Assembly (NCBI GenBank): GCA_951406725.2
Contig: OX597828.1
Span: forward strand, 26,412,001 to 26,476,000
Direction of reading: 5' to 3'
DNA: 64,000 nt
Source of the DNA: Octopus vulgaris
Lineage: Eukaryota
Under the pieces are notes generated by a model, which was not told the DNA's origin, ran no database searches, and worked only from the letters and a program-made list of their open reading frames with translations. The position numbers and the translations under genes are program-made. This document shows, one piece after another, positions 1-15,068 of the stretch (positions within the stretch are counted from its first letter, which is position 1; each line of letters opens with the position of its first letter).

Positions 1-712
1 TTCACAACCTTTCCTAGTTTACCTGCTAGACATAAAACTTAATAATAATCTCTAGGTTAGAATTTCCTTCGTCACTTATTTATTTTATTTTATTTTTTTA
101 AATTTTGATAATTAAAAAAAAAAAAAGAAAAACTACTGGAAATAATTTCTTAATCTAAGGAATGTAGACAGACACACAGACAGACTCACAGACTCCCCCA
201 CACATACACACACACAAAAAGAATTAAGAAGAGAAATAAAGAACTTGTAAAATTACTATCCAAAAGACAAGTCTAAATAAGCCATTAAAATAGTTAACGA
301 TTCAATAATGAACTATTACTATGACAATAATAATAATAATAGTAATAATAACAACAACAACATTAACTATTAATTAACTATTACTATGGCAATGCAATAA
401 CAACAATTGCAGCAACAGCATCAACTTTGGACATTAAGAAGACAAAATGGTGGTGATGTGTTACAGAAGATAATGTGAGAATGTACCAAAGACAATAGAG
501 GGAGAGAGAGAGAGAGAGAGCATGTGAGGAAAGAGAAGAGAGAATATTAAATAGTTTATTGTTGTTGAAAGAGAAGAAACAATAGATTGACATAAAATGA
601 ATTAGAGAGAGAGAGAGAGAGAGAGAGAATAGATGAAAGAGAGACTGAGAGAAAAGAAGTGTATATATGTTGAAGACAAAGACAGAGTTATACATGAGTA
701 GGAGAAAGAGAC

Positions 713-773
<61 letters not shown>

Positions 774-927
774 AAATATGAAATCAATTGTTTTTTTTTT
801 TTTTTTTTGGTCTTTAGTCTGAATTATCCAGCAGAAGATAATTTTGTTAGAGTTTAAGATAGAGCTTAAAGGTTAGAAAGGGGGAACGGGGAGGTATTAT
901 AGATAGGGGTGTATAATTTGGCCAATA

Positions 928-1255
928 AGATGGCCGAGTGGTTAAGAAGTTCACTTTGTAACTGTGAGATTCAAGTTTCAATCCTAATGTATAACATCTG
1001 AAGCAAAATGACTCAGGTAGACTCAGGTAGACTCAAGTATCGTGAATGAAACTGAGTAGACGGTGATGGGGTGTGGCAGTCCTTTAGATAGATTGTACCT
1101 GCAATTCAAAGGTCCAAGCCTTGTCACATGCTGTGTCATGCAGATTTTGTCCCAACCAACTCTGAGGAGTACTCAGCCACTAATACAGTAATTTAACGAA
1201 CAGATAGTTCAGTTGATCAAACTATGGAAGGCTCAAAACTGACAGAGTATGCATC
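928..1255 (+). mobile_element. Diverged tRNA-derived SINE (family A variant)
   Basis: A-box-like tggccgagtggttaag head and B-box-like gtttcaatcc; body and 3' part resemble the diverged copy at 34245-34830. Boundaries approximate. Confidence 0.6.
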
Positions 1256-1503
1256 GCAATGCCATCATCAGAAAAAAAGGAAACTATCACCCAAGAGGCT
1301 AACAGATGTTATACCATTACTGACCAATATACTGTGTCTATTGACTAACACACTTAACTATGAAATGCCTAAGTTTATCTGGTTGAATATGGATTCCACA
1401 GCAACTATAGAACTAACAGCCACGGTAGCACTGTGAAAGCATCAAGGGTTTCATTAGCTGTTACATCTAAGTTAATTCAACAATAGTTTGGAATGTGTCC
1501 AGA

Positions 1504-1545
<42 letters not shown>

Positions 1546-1728
1546 TAATGAGAGCAAAAACAGAAAACAAAACAAGGGGTCAAATTTTAACAAAGATGTT
1601 ATTAGTAATAAAAGGAAAGGAAAGAGTCTTTGATGTATCAGATGCTAGCCCTTCATCAGAAGAAAGAAAAGAAAGAATGAGAAAAAGAATAGGAGGAAAA
1701 GTCATGGGAAAGAATTATATATATAAAT

Positions 1729-2050
1729 ACATCATCATCATCATCATCGTTTAACATCTGCTTTCCATGCTGGTATGGGTTGGATGGTTTGACTGAGGAC
1801 TGGCGAGCCAGAAGGCTGCACCAGGCTCCAATCTGATCTGGCATAGTTTCTACAGCTGGATGCCCTGCCTAATGCCAGCCACTCCGAGAGTTTAGTGGGT
1901 GCTTTTACGTGCCACTGGTACAATGGCCAGTCCAGCAGCACTGGCAACGACCATGCTTGAATGTTGTTTTTCACGTGCCACCGGCACATGTGCCAGTAAG
2001 GTGGCGCTGGCAGCGATCATGCTCGAATGATGCTTTTTCATGCCACCAGC
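1729..2050 (-). mobile_element. Family C retroposon 3' part with (ATG)n tail
   Basis: Reverse complement contains the ggcatccagctgtagaaa...ccatccaacccataccagcatggaaagcagatgttaaacgatgatgatg end shared with many other copies (e.g. 56983-57287); internal tandem gcttttacgtgccac units. Confidence 0.85.
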
Positions 2051-2062
2051 ACACACACACAC

Positions 2063-2240
2063 ACGACCGCTTGTGTACCGTCGGCGATTTTTTTTCCTCT
2101 GTCTTCCCTTCTCCTATGTTTCCGACGAAGAGCTCCGCTCGAAACGTTAAACCCTCCTTCTTTCCTAAGCGTCCAATAATACTATATTTGTTCCACGTCC
2201 TCGCGTTGTTGTGTTTTTTGTGCTTTCTTGTTTGGATTAA

Positions 2241-2243
<3 letters not shown>
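2063..2243 (+). mobile_element. Short PLE-derived element (family D1) next to a TA microsatellite
   Basis: Carries a minimal hammerhead-type motif at 2118-2152; pyrimidine-rich body ends directly in (TA)n. Confidence 0.6.
2118..2152 (+). ncRNA. Minimal type I hammerhead ribozyme-like motif (U4C variant)
   Basis: GUUU-CCGACGA-A-GAGC(UCC)GCUC-GAAAC-GUU-AAAC: stem I GUUU/AAAC, stem II GAGC/GCUC, GAAA core, NUH triplet GUU. Confidence 0.6.
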
Positions 2244-2281
<38 letters not shown>

Positions 2282-2317
2282 CAGTAGTTCCAGTGTGCAC
2301 AATTAGAGATGTACTAC

Positions 2318-2349
<32 letters not shown>

Positions 2350-2643
2350 CTTGAAATATTTAGGTGAGAGAAAGAGAGGAAGTTGTAATGAATAAGAATG
2401 CATTGCCCATAGACACAAAACTATTTCAGTGAAGTGAAGCCAAATGATTGTAAGAGGGGGATTGAAACAAAATCCACTTTGCTTTCCCCTACATCACACA
2501 TCATGCATTATAGAAATGAGGGAACTCACTAACTGTCCAGGAGGAGGAGACATTACCAAACCCTTAATAAACAACAGAGGTAAAAAAAAATTTTAGCATT
2601 TTTTCACCTCCTTCCCTGCTCTCATCATTGTTATTACTATTAC

Positions 2644-2683
<40 letters not shown>

Positions 2684-2843
2684 TTCAGCAGCAGCAGCAT
2701 GTAATGTTTTACTTGAATGATCCTATTTTACTAGAAATTGCGGAATAAAAGAGACAATTTATACTTCATGAAAATTAGGTGGGGGGATGGTTGTATCCCT
2801 TTTAGGTATAGGGGAGTGAAAAAGGAAAAGAATGCAACCAGCC

Positions 2844-2875
<32 letters not shown>

Positions 2876-2929
2876 CATTATTATTATTATTATCATTTTT
2901 ATTATTATTATTATTATTACTGCTACAAC

Positions 2930-2964
<35 letters not shown>

Positions 2965-5734
2965 AGTTTAGTTGTTTGGTAAGCTTTCTGACATAGGCCT
3001 ACCCTGAATGATTGATTTCATTAGCAGCAGTGTGAAGCAGTGCTACTTAAAAGTAGCTACAATGAATGCTGTTATAGTTGCATACAATGGCACAGTTGTA
3101 AAGCTAAGTAGCATTGGTAAAGAGCAGTGAAGGTGATGATACGATGATGATGATGATGGTGGTGGTGGTGGTGGTGGTGGTGGTGGTAGTGGTGGTGTAT
3201 GGCATGACGGAGGTGGTGGCAATGGAGAAGACAGAGGAAGAATTCAGAATTGAAAAGAAGAGGACCAGGTACAGAGTAGCAGTATTAGTGGTGATTATTG
3301 TTGTGATGATCGTTTGTGGTGGTAGTGGTGATGGTGGTAGTGGTGATGGTGGTGGTGGTGGTGATGTCAGAGCAGTATTAAAAGAAACAGCAGTAGTAAG
3401 GAGGCAAGGCTATATAAAGCTGTCAAAAGACAGAGAGAGAGAGAGAGTGGCCGCAGCCATGGTTGTTGTGATGATGGCTATAGTGTTAGTAAGAAGTAAT
3501 GATGATGATGATGATGATGATGTTGTTGTTGTTGGTGATGGTCATGGTTGTGATAGTGGTGGTGGTGGTGGTGCGTAACCAGAGAATGCCAAAATATCGT
3601 CAATGTCTGGTAGCTATACAGTACATACCAGATGGTGTTAATTAATCAATAAAACTTAAAGCAATGTTAACTAGATGGTGGGGCTGGGGTGGAGGTGAGA
3701 GGTATGTGGTGGTGGTGGTGGTGGTGGTGGTGGTACGATAGATAAATATGCAAATGAAAGCATAACAATAATACCCCCAACTGCAATGAAGGCATATATA
3801 TATGTATATATGTATATATATATATATATGCATGTATGTACAATCACACACTTATTTAGGGAACAACAGCTTTTCTGTTAGATATGCATTGGGAACATGA
3901 CATAGGTTTTACCATTTTTATCAAAGGACTTTTATCATGTGAATTCCTTGAATTCATTTGGAATAGTAAAGTTCCTAATTCTATCACCAACATGCTTAGA
4001 CTTTCACAGCCTCATCTTCAGGATAAAGTGTAAAGTTAGTGTATGCAATTGCCTCTTCATAATAGATATGGTCAAGGTATTTATTATAAACATTACTGCC
4101 CAATTTTAAATATGACTGTTGGTTTTATACATCAGCATCCAGGTATTTCTGTTTGTGACTAGTGTATGTTCTCTATGGGTTTATTTTTAGTGTTTCGCAG
4201 TGTAGTGCATTGTACTTATGCAATTACTCCTTGTTGTAAGATCATGGTGAGCCTGCAGTAAGTATGTCATACATCTATGGCCAATATAACAGTTGAAGTC
4301 ATGAAGTTTACAACTTTCCCACTTGCAATCAAAGATCAAGAAACAGTGGTGTTAGATTCAGGAACTTGACAGTTACAAACAAAATGCAAAGAACTTGGAT
4401 GAAAATATAAAAGAAAAGAAGTGGATAGAAATATAAAACTAAGGACAATAGAAAATGCATTCAGTACATCATATTGATATGCATGTTTATGTATCTGTAT
4501 ATATTCTCCCAATCTCTCTCTCTCAATGTCTATTTGCATGAAAGAGTCAAGATTAAAGAGATAGTTTATTACACAGCAAAAATAGAATGGATATTATTAA
4601 TATCACTAATTAGATATACAGTAATAAGATGTATATGCATCAACATAGCCACAAACGTCTGTATCTATCTGTGCATGTAAGCCTAAGAAAGTAAATTAGG
4701 GAAAAGAATAACAAATAGATGATTTTAAAGGAAGGGCATTGATGAAAGGGAAAAAAAAAACAGGAGCAGTATTATTTTTTTTTGTATCTACTTGACAACA
4801 AAGATGAGATGTTTAAGAATGTTTTAGTTGTAAGCATCCCAACAGCCATCCATCTGCAAGGATAAAAGACACAAGCTAGATGCTAAACCAGGTTCACATT
4901 TAATATTTATCATGTAGGTAGCATCTCAGAATTATTTCATTTCTATTCCAACTCTTTATTTTTTATTTATTACTTTTTCCATTCTCGGCCGACAAACATT
5001 CATTTCCATAGATCTACTTCATAATCCATTTGCTACCACTTCAGCCAGTTTAGAGCCTGTTTATATCTCTACTGATAACATTCAAAAAGGGAGAAACACG
5101 TACAGTGTTATCTCCCATGTTTACCAGAAAGGACAGAAACAGAATATCCAGCCAAGAATATTTACACTTGACATGGTCAATTTAACCTCTAAACAGTGAA
5201 ATATGCAGACCCTGGCTTAGAGCATTAGGTACCACAATACATTATTAAACTGAAGTTGTTTTCACTCTGATCTTACAGCCATTTCTACACAATTGTGGCT
5301 GGGCTAAGTTCATGGTTCCAGAACTAACCTAAATACTAACAGGTTCTTCCTCTTTCCGCCATCTCTTTAAATTGAAGGACAACAGAAAGAAGAGAGACAT
5401 TTCAATGTTCACAGTTTGAATCTTGAGGCTGAAACTCCTTTACCTTAATCAGAATTCTGTTTTTTGTGTATTACCGGTAAAACATATTTCTAATAGTGCA
5501 GGGGTTTGTGACCATAGCTAACAAGCAGAAACATTTAGTAGGTCAAATGAGAAGTTACTAGTTTGGTCCTGAACTATGTTGCATGAACAGATGAGGGTGG
5601 GGGTTGAGAGGGTGCGGAAAATAACAAAAAGGTTTCTGAAGAATTTTGGTTAGTGCTAACTTCATGGCAATGTTAAATACTAACAACTAATGAATAAAAG
5701 ATCTAGCGATGCATTAACAGACAGAATAAAATGA

Positions 5735-5771
<37 letters not shown>

Positions 5772-5864
5772 CTTATATATGTATACGGGTGTGCGTGTGT
5801 ATGAAAAAGGAAAAAATATCAGATATGAGAAATTATTTGCAAAGTGATGCAAAGGGTAGAAAAG

Positions 5865-5907
<43 letters not shown>

Positions 5908-6362
5908 GAAAACTGAGAAATGGTAATGCAAGAAAGCAAGTGAAGAAATAAGACGACGCAGAAAAATATATACATCGGCAGAGTAGTAAAAATGACTGTT
6001 GTAGACAGGAGAGAAAGATGAACGTGTTAAATAAACAAAATAAGAAAAGAAAAATTGAATGAAAAAAAACAAAAAAAAACAAAGGAAAAAGAGAGAGAAA
6101 GAAGGGAAAAAATCAAAAATGTAGAGAGTGAAAAAAGGAAAATAATGTAGCTGTATGTGTGTATGTCGGGGGGGGATTATCTGCTAATCTACAGCATTCA
6201 GTGATAAAAGGTCTTTTCAAGAGAGTCATTAAAAAAATATGGAAATATACATGTTTGTGTGTGTGTGTATTGCACACATATACATACATTATACACACAT
6301 GCAAGTGTGTGTATGATGTAGAGTTATATGCATAAACATATGCATGCATACAAATACATACA

Positions 6363-6506
<144 letters not shown>

Positions 6507-6593
6507 TGCATACACACTTATGTGATTTAATCAGAATAATGTATTTCACAGTGGGATAAAAGAGAACTTTTCTTTACAGTGTAAATAGCCCAC

Positions 6594-6639
<46 letters not shown>

Positions 6640-6904
6640 AGAAAGAGAGAGAGAGAGAAATAGAGGTAGATAGGTAGAGAGTTGTGTTGAGAAAGCAGTT
6701 GTCAGTACAATGCATGTTATTTGAATAGAAAAACCTTAGAGAGTCAAGTTAATATCAATTCTCAATTATTTAACTGGATTCTCACATAAAAATGGGCCAC
6801 CATATCAGTAGACAGCGACACAGCCAACATCAACACATCCACACACAATAACACTACAACTACACAGCGACAGAGCTTTAAGTCTTTTAAGTATGGGTGA
6901 AAGA

Positions 6905-6938
6905 AACAACAACAACAACAATGACAACAAGAATAATG

Positions 6939-6972
<34 letters not shown>

Positions 6973-7075
6973 CAATAATAATAATAATAATAATAATGAT
7001 AATAATAATAACAATAATAATAATAATAATAATAATAATAGTAGTAGTAATAATAATAATAATAATAATAACAAC

Positions 7076-7156
<81 letters not shown>

Positions 7157-7168
7157 GTAGTAGTAGTA

Positions 7169-7205
<37 letters not shown>

Positions 7206-7240
7206 TAATAATAATGATAATAATAATGATAATAATAATG

Positions 7241-7317
<77 letters not shown>

Positions 7318-7330
7318 TAATAATAATAAT
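6905..7330. repeat. Long (AAT)n microsatellite
   Basis: About 425 bp of AAT with AAC/AGT/GAT interruptions; source of the poly-I/N/Y/L pseudo-ORFs. Confidence 0.97.
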
Positions 7331-7710
7331 GTAACAATACAAGACACCGAGTCTTCTCCATTGCGCTCTTCAGGTTTTAATCACTGACAAATAAACACCA
7401 ATCACTTCAGTTAACTTTACAAAAAGGGATAAAAAAAAGAAAACATCCTATGGTGCAGTATCATATATATATAGATGCACAGATACATGCACATCCGGTG
7501 TAACAGTGTCTGCCATTGGTTCCATGGAGGCTTTCAGCAGAGTTCACAACATTACAAACATTCAGAGCTGAGCCTTTTCCCCCCAACCCCACCCACCCCA
7601 CCCATTGACATTTCATCAATCTTACCAGTCTAAGAGAACCTGCAAAATGTTCCTCCTGTTCTGGTTTTGTGTGCATGTATGTATGTGTGTGTGAGTGTAT
7701 ACATGTATAT

Positions 7711-7944
7711 CTATTTCTTTACTGCCCACAAGAGGCTAAACACAGAGAAGACAAACAAGGACAGACAAACGGATTAAGTCGATTACATCGACCCCAGTGC
7801 ATAACTGGTACTTAATTTATCGACCCCGAAAGGATGAAAGGCAAAGTCTTCATCGGCGGAATTTGAACTCAGAACGTAACGGTAGACGAAATACCGCTAA
7901 GCATTTCGCCTGGCGTGCTAACGATTCTGCCAGCTCGCCGCCTT
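7711..7944 (-). mobile_element. Full-length young tRNA-derived SINE (family B, Meta/MESC-like central domain)
   Basis: Head ggcggcgagctggcagaatcgttagc, B-box gagttcaaattcc, central gcctttcatcctttcggggtcgataaattaagtaccag; CpGs retained; flanked by the 11-bp direct repeat tatacatgtat (7698-7708 and 7944-7954), a probable TSD. Superfamily label is from memory. Confidence 0.9.
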
Positions 7945-8435
7945 ATACATGTATCTGTGTTGTAAACAATGTGGTTAGAGGTTGCTGTGTGTGTGTGTAT
8001 GTGTGTGTTTTTTTGCTTTGTTTTCCATGTGAAACACTGAAGTGCTCAATAAGCACTTGCAGAAAATCGTATCAAGATTTAATTACCATGGCTCTTTCCA
8101 CACTATCTGCCAGCAATTTGGATGCAGCAATCAGCAAGACATTATGTCATAGTTTTGGCAACAACAACAACAACAGAATCTGGTGCAAGTTGTTGTGTCC
8201 AAATACACAAACACGTGTGTGTGTGTGTGTGTATTTGGAATTGTAATAAACGAATAAAGACAATTGGCATCTTGTATTGTTATATCTACCAATGCTTGAC
8301 TGATTTCATCGTCTCTGAGGAGAGGCAAGTTGTGGCTTTCATATATTTATTTACTGATGTTCACTTATTTGCCTTTACTTGTACTGATAAGTGCAAGATT
8401 ATATGCTTATGAATGTGTGTGTGATTGTATATATC

Positions 8436-8479
<44 letters not shown>

Positions 8480-10424
8480 GAGACATGTATCTAAATATAT
8501 GTATATGTAATTATAATAATTATGTATAAACGTACTACACCTCCAACCAAGCACATCTGCTCACTTGTGTTGAGCACTCACTCATGCTCATCACTCACAC
8601 TGTTCGAAATGTTAATGGCTCTTTAAAAAAAAAAAAGAAAGATATAAATACTAAAAGAATATATATATATATGGAATCAAATTGTTTTGGAAAGAGCGAG
8701 GCAAATAGTTAAGTCATTGTTTTTCAAGAAGATGATTTTTTTTTAGAAGTTATTTCAGAAAAATATATAAATTTTTCTTTATAGATCTCAAGTGACCAGC
8801 TGTTACAGAACTCACACAATCTATAAATAAGACCACTTTACTGAAAATAAGGCAGACAGTTCTTTAATAATTACCTCCATAATCTCAATTAGTGCCTTGT
8901 ACCTATCACATCTTTTTGCTTAGTCCCATCTCCCAAGAAATGATTACAGATATACTTCAAGATTCAAGTTATTTATATCATTTGCTTATAGCGATTACAC
9001 AAAATTTTGAACTGCAAAAGTAATTGAGCTGGGGTGGGGATGGGTGGGAGGGGAGGTTATGTTTGTGTTTACTCTATGGTCGTAAGTTTTAAATACAGTA
9101 AGATATTCTGATTAATTTTCTTAAGTTCAATTAAGCACTGTCCTTTTATTATTATTGTTTTGTTACCCATCAATTTTCTCTTAAGATTGAGACCAGTGTA
9201 AAGAATAAATACAGTGAAGATGAAGATGCAATCATTTAATCATACATAATAAGCATGTTGATTCTATCAACCCATCAAACACAGAAAGAAACTAGAAACA
9301 TCACCCAAATACACAACTCTTTTCCCTCCCCAGTCCAAATTTTAGAATTATTAAATTATTCTAAGCACTTGGAACTTCACTCAAAACTTTTACATATTTT
9401 TCAGAACAATCAAGCAAAGAGATTTGAATTTGTTTTCAAATTAAAGTTCCTTTAGTTCTTTACTGAATGACAAGTTTGGAATAAAAACCCAATGGATCAG
9501 TGAAGTGTCTTTTGAGGACATCATTTTCGGGTTGTTTGCACATCAAAATGAATTCTTCAAGAGAAAATATATTAACCTGATGGATTCCACTTCAAGATAT
9601 AATAATCGTGGAAGAATTTGAAATCAAAGTAAACCAACAAAACATTTGATAATTTTTACAATGAACTTGAGGCTCTGAAAATGTGTCGGACTTTTGGATG
9701 ATACATGTTAACAGTTAGAGCAAATAATGAAATTGAAAATGAAGATTTCCAATTTTGCTAAGAATAGTGTAGAGTAGTGTGGTCGGATATTAGATTATGA
9801 TCTTCTTGGATGGTATCGTGATATTTTCTTGAAGGCAAACTAACCAATGGTACAAAAGTATCTTATAAACAAACTTTTTTTTTTTCATATATTTTACATT
9901 TTTGTTTTTAATACAATAAATTATAACAATTTCTCTTCAGATCAAACAACAGAATATTTTGCCAATAATATACAACAATATTTTTACACAGCATATAATT
10001 TAGTCAGTCACTATATATATATATATAAATATATAATTCAAGAATACAGCATCAGCACACAAATCTATATAAACAAAGTATATATAATAATAATAATAAT
10101 AATAATAACATAGAGAGCTGCAGTCAACAACACAAAGCCATAATGATAACAATAATGATAACAGCAACAACAACAACAATAAAAACACAACACCAATGAT
10201 AAATACAGGAATCATTTAACCCAGGGATTTGTAATACAATGAAGAAAAAAAAAAAGGATCAAAACAAAAGTACAAAACAAAAAAAGAAAATCAGCTGAAG
10301 GGAACCAGTTGCAGATAGTGAGGCCATTTGGAAAATTAGAACACAACCAAGAGATTCTTGAGAATATAAATATATACAGAGATACATACATATATGGATG
10401 TGTATGTGTATGTATGCATGTATG

Positions 10425-10498
<74 letters not shown>

Positions 10499-10935
10499 TG
10501 ATAAAAATGGACTAGGAATAAAATATCAGAGTTAATCAATAGATTATATCCTCCTGAGATTATCCACAGACCAATAAGATAACTACTGCCTAATGTAGAC
10601 TTCAAGTGGGGAACGAGGGGGAAGAGAGAAGAAAAAGAGATAAATTATGAACTGTCTTCCAAAATAATGAAAAGAGCTAAAGTGAGAGAAAGCAGTAAGA
10701 CTCATGATATTCTAACATACCAAAAGACAAATTGGAAGAAGAATCAATGGCAGAAATTAAAACTAACATTTTCAAATTTTTCTCAGATAATTTCATTTTT
10801 CTTTTTTTTTTTTTTTTGTTTTGTAAATACTAAAAATTTTGAAAAGAAACAACTAAAAATATACTGGGAGTGGGTGAAAAAAAAAAGCAAAACAGATCTG
10901 GCTTTAAACTTCAACATAAATGGGACATCTCTTAA

Positions 10936-11007
<72 letters not shown>

Positions 11008-11270
11008 CATATACATACATATATATACATATGTATATATACATACGTATATATACATACATATATATATATATACATATACGTATATATACACACACAA
11101 ACATACATGTGTGCATATATATAAGTATAGATATTCAAACACACACATGTATATATATATATATATATATGTATACATGTGTGAATGCATGTATGTATTT
11201 GTATATATATGTGTACATGTATGCATATATGTATATGTACATATGTGTGCACATGTATGCATGTATGTGT

Positions 11271-11309
<39 letters not shown>

Positions 11310-11310
11310 A

Positions 11311-11361
<51 letters not shown>

Positions 11362-11498
11362 TGTACATTTGTAAAATTTTGCAGAAAATAGAACGTGGAA
11401 AAAAATAAAATAAATAAATAAAAACAATGTTTAAAAATTATAGAAAACAAAGAAATTATATATATATATACGTATGTATATATATAAATTGTAGAATT

Positions 11499-11541
<43 letters not shown>

Positions 11542-11612
11542 CATGAAACTAGAACGTCCTTAAAAGAACCAGAGATAAAATGATGAAATTGGGATCATAA
11601 ATAATTACTAAC

Positions 11613-11705
11613 CTGCAAGGCTATTAGTATTAAATGAAATGTCACCCCCAAGCTGATGCTCCATAATGGTAGTCCCAAGCACCTCGCCAGTGGAATTGTC
11701 CAACC
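11613..11705 (-). CDS. Candidate 93-nt phase-1 exon, copy 2: (G)LDNSTGEVLGTTIMEHQLGGDISFNTNSLA(G); read-through stop at 11608-11610
   Basis: Acceptor tgttatgtcccctactccacag|, donor CAG|gttagt, length divisible by 3; paralogous to 21997-22074. Host gene not identified. Confidence 0.65.
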
Positions 11706-12029
11706 CTGTGGAGTAGGGGACATAACATCAATTGGACAATGGAAAAACTAAAGACACTAAAATAATACGACTAAACCTCTCGATTAAAATGGGAAAATAA
11801 TGGCATACAGCAATTAACAGAGACTTAACTTTAACAATTAGTAGATGTAGATATACATATATATATATATATATATATACATACATATATATACATATAT
11901 ATATATATTTATGTATATGTATATGTATATATATATATGTGTGTGTATATATGTATGTATATTTATCTTCAGATCTTATCAGTAGTGTTTCTACAGTTTT
12001 TATTGAAGAAAATGATTGTAAACATCAAC

Positions 12030-12109
12030 AATAATGATAATAAATAATTAAATAAATAATGATAGCGAATAATAATAATAATAATAATGATAATAATAAT
12101 AATAATAAT

Positions 12110-12171
<62 letters not shown>

Positions 12172-12333
12172 GATAATAATAGTAATAAAGTAAAACAAAA
12201 AGGTAAGAAGGTAAAATAAAAAGGTAATAAAGAAATAATATTAATAATAATAAAAATAATATATTAATAATAATAATAATAAACAGTAATGATAACAAAA
12301 TCATAACAAATAATAATAATAATAATAATAATA
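12030..12333. repeat. Degenerate (AAT)n tract
   Basis: Direct reading. Confidence 0.9.
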
Positions 12334-12613
12334 CTCATTTTAAGGAGAAAACTCTTTCTCTAGTCTAAAATAAGTTGAGCCAAAATTATCTTGAATTCTT
12401 CAGACTAAATACTATTAAATAACTATTATATATACATCATAATAAGAAAAGATAAGAACAGGACCTACACAGAGGAAATATGACATACACACAAACACTC
12501 ACAAGGCTACACACACACACACACACACACATGCACAATTGAACACACATATACACACTTAACACAGGAGACAAGCACTTCAAGACCTAATGTCAGCATA
12601 AACAGCCAGTTAT

Positions 12614-12645
12614 TCAGAGAGTCAATTGGAGATCACAAAAGAAAG
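12614..12645 (-). CDS. Candidate short terminal exon (A)FFCDLQLTL*
   Basis: Long poly-U tract then tag acceptor; last 16 nt match 40740-40755 at 14/16 positions. Confidence 0.3.
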
Positions 12646-12648
12646 CTA

Positions 12649-12679
<31 letters not shown>

Positions 12680-12787
12680 GAAAAGATAAAAGAACAAACA
12701 AAAACACAGTCGAAACAACTGATTAATCAATGGTGATAGTGGTGCCTGTGGTGTTCATACTGCTGTTGTAGCTGCTTCTGTTGTGAA

Positions 12788-12854
<67 letters not shown>

Positions 12855-13174
12855 TTTTAAATGATCTCAGTATCAGCTTTATGTAAAAAAAAAAAAAAAG
12901 AGAACTGAAACAAAGTTTTGCAAGCAAAAACTGGAGAGGAAAGTTAAGCCTTTATTGCCAATGTAGTTGTTTTTAATAATATAGGTTCGCATTATTATTC
13001 GTCTAAGTATTCAAAGCAAGAATCTAAAAAGAAAAGATTATGGCAAATGTTTTCAGACAAGAATCCATTATCCTCAAAGTGATATCTAAAGATTCAAAAC
13101 ATGAAGAATCAACAAAATTGAGCTATTTTCACTACAAACACACACACACAATGGTTTAGCATGAATGATTATAT

Positions 13175-13207
<33 letters not shown>

Positions 13208-13212
13208 TATAT

Positions 13213-13263
<51 letters not shown>

Positions 13264-13675
13264 AACATACAACTAAATACAAATATTTATAAAACACCCC
13301 TCACCTTGTGTATGCAAGAATGTGTGAATGTGTGTGTGTGTGTGTGTGTGTGTGTCCATGTGTGTATGTGTATCTTTATATTTATATATATAAGAGGAAT
13401 AGGGATTCAATGAATCAAACAGAACTCAGGTAAGCTCTCTCCTGGGTGTAAGTCTATCAAGTCCATATATATATATATATATATAAAGTTTCTAGCGGAG
13501 TTAATATCAAGTCTTGCCATAAAACATGTACCAAAACATAGGTAAACTATAGAACTTTACCATTCGCATAAACATACATTCATACATATATGTGTGAATA
13601 ATATATCTACATGTGTCCGTTTGTGTGTGTATATATATATGTATATATATGAATATATGTACGTGCATGTATGTG

Positions 13676-13727
<52 letters not shown>

Positions 13728-14418
13728 CATATACATACACACACACGTACATGCACATATATATATTCACACACACACACACATAAATACACACAAGCAC
13801 ACATATATGCACCATACACATACATGTAAGTGCACATTTTAATGCACACCACACACACACACAGATGCAGATATTTCCAATTTACTTACACATTAGAACT
13901 GCAAACACTAAACATAAAACCATAACATACAACCTTGAAGAAGAAAAACAGACAGAAGTGGAACATCCAAAAAGATGAACTAATGCTCATTTTGAAAGCT
14001 ACTCAACTGCAGCAAAGCAATGCAAAAGCTGTTTGTTGAAAGAAAACTACAGCTGTCGCTGAGAGCATTAATAAAGGTGGAGATGGTATGGGTGGATTGC
14101 TGAAAGAAAAAGCAGGAGGAGGAGGAGGAGGAGAAGGCGCACTTCTCTTGGGTGGAAGCCAGTAGATTGCTAAATATAAGGAAAGCCATTTTTGCTTCTA
14201 GCAGAAAGGGCAAGTCACAGAGTAGAAATGGCCAGCACAATAAGTGGAGTAGGAATATTAGTGGACAGGCTTCAGGCTTCAAGAAATACAGTGAAGCAAT
14301 GGAGTATGTGCATCTTAGTATTTAGTCTTCTTATGGAAACCATTGCATGTGTATGTGCATCTGTGTGCATACATTGCACCTACATACATTTATATAAAGA
14401 CATATAAAGGCATGTGTG

Positions 14419-14449
<31 letters not shown>

Positions 14450-14937
14450 ATAGAAAGAGAGAGAGAGTGAGAGAGAGAGAGTGAGAGAGAGATAGAGAGA
14501 GAGAGATGCAAACATAACAATGATTGAATTGGGTTACAGGAACAAGGAGCATGTACACCAAGGTGTGTGAAGTGAGGATTGGTGGGGAGGGAGAGGATTA
14601 GCTGCTATGAAGCATTCCTCTTCACCACAGAACCAAGAAATAGAGGAATGCAGTCCTTCCAAGGACCCCAGCCACTTCCATCACATATATAACCACACAA
14701 AAGGATGTGTGCAGATACACATCGATGCTTAAATACATTAATGAATCTATCTACAAAGAACGACCTCACTGATTATTATTCCCTATGGTGGTGGAGGGTT
14801 TCGTATCATATAAAACTTGAGTACACCTTTTAGTCTTCCAGGGGCCAATAAATGCCAGTGGTATGAGTGGTTCAGTCCAACGAACTTCCCTCTAAATTTT
14901 TCAATGCTGTAAACTCATCATAACCTTTATAAACATC

Positions 14938-15068
14938 ATTTAATATCCAGTTCCATGTTGGCAAGCGTTTGATGGTTTGACAGGATCCAAAGAAGAAGAG
15001 GACTGCTTCAGTCTCTAGTGTCTGCTTTTGGCATGGCCTCTTCCACAGCTTGATGCCCTTCCTAATAC
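14938..15068 (-). mobile_element. Diverged family C fragment
   Basis: gcttgatgcccttcctaatacc and tccatgttggc motifs. Confidence 0.65.

Noticed and set aside
928-990. tRNA gene
   Set aside because: A/B-box-like head continues into a SINE body and has no proper acceptor stem; the same applies to the other family A and B heads.
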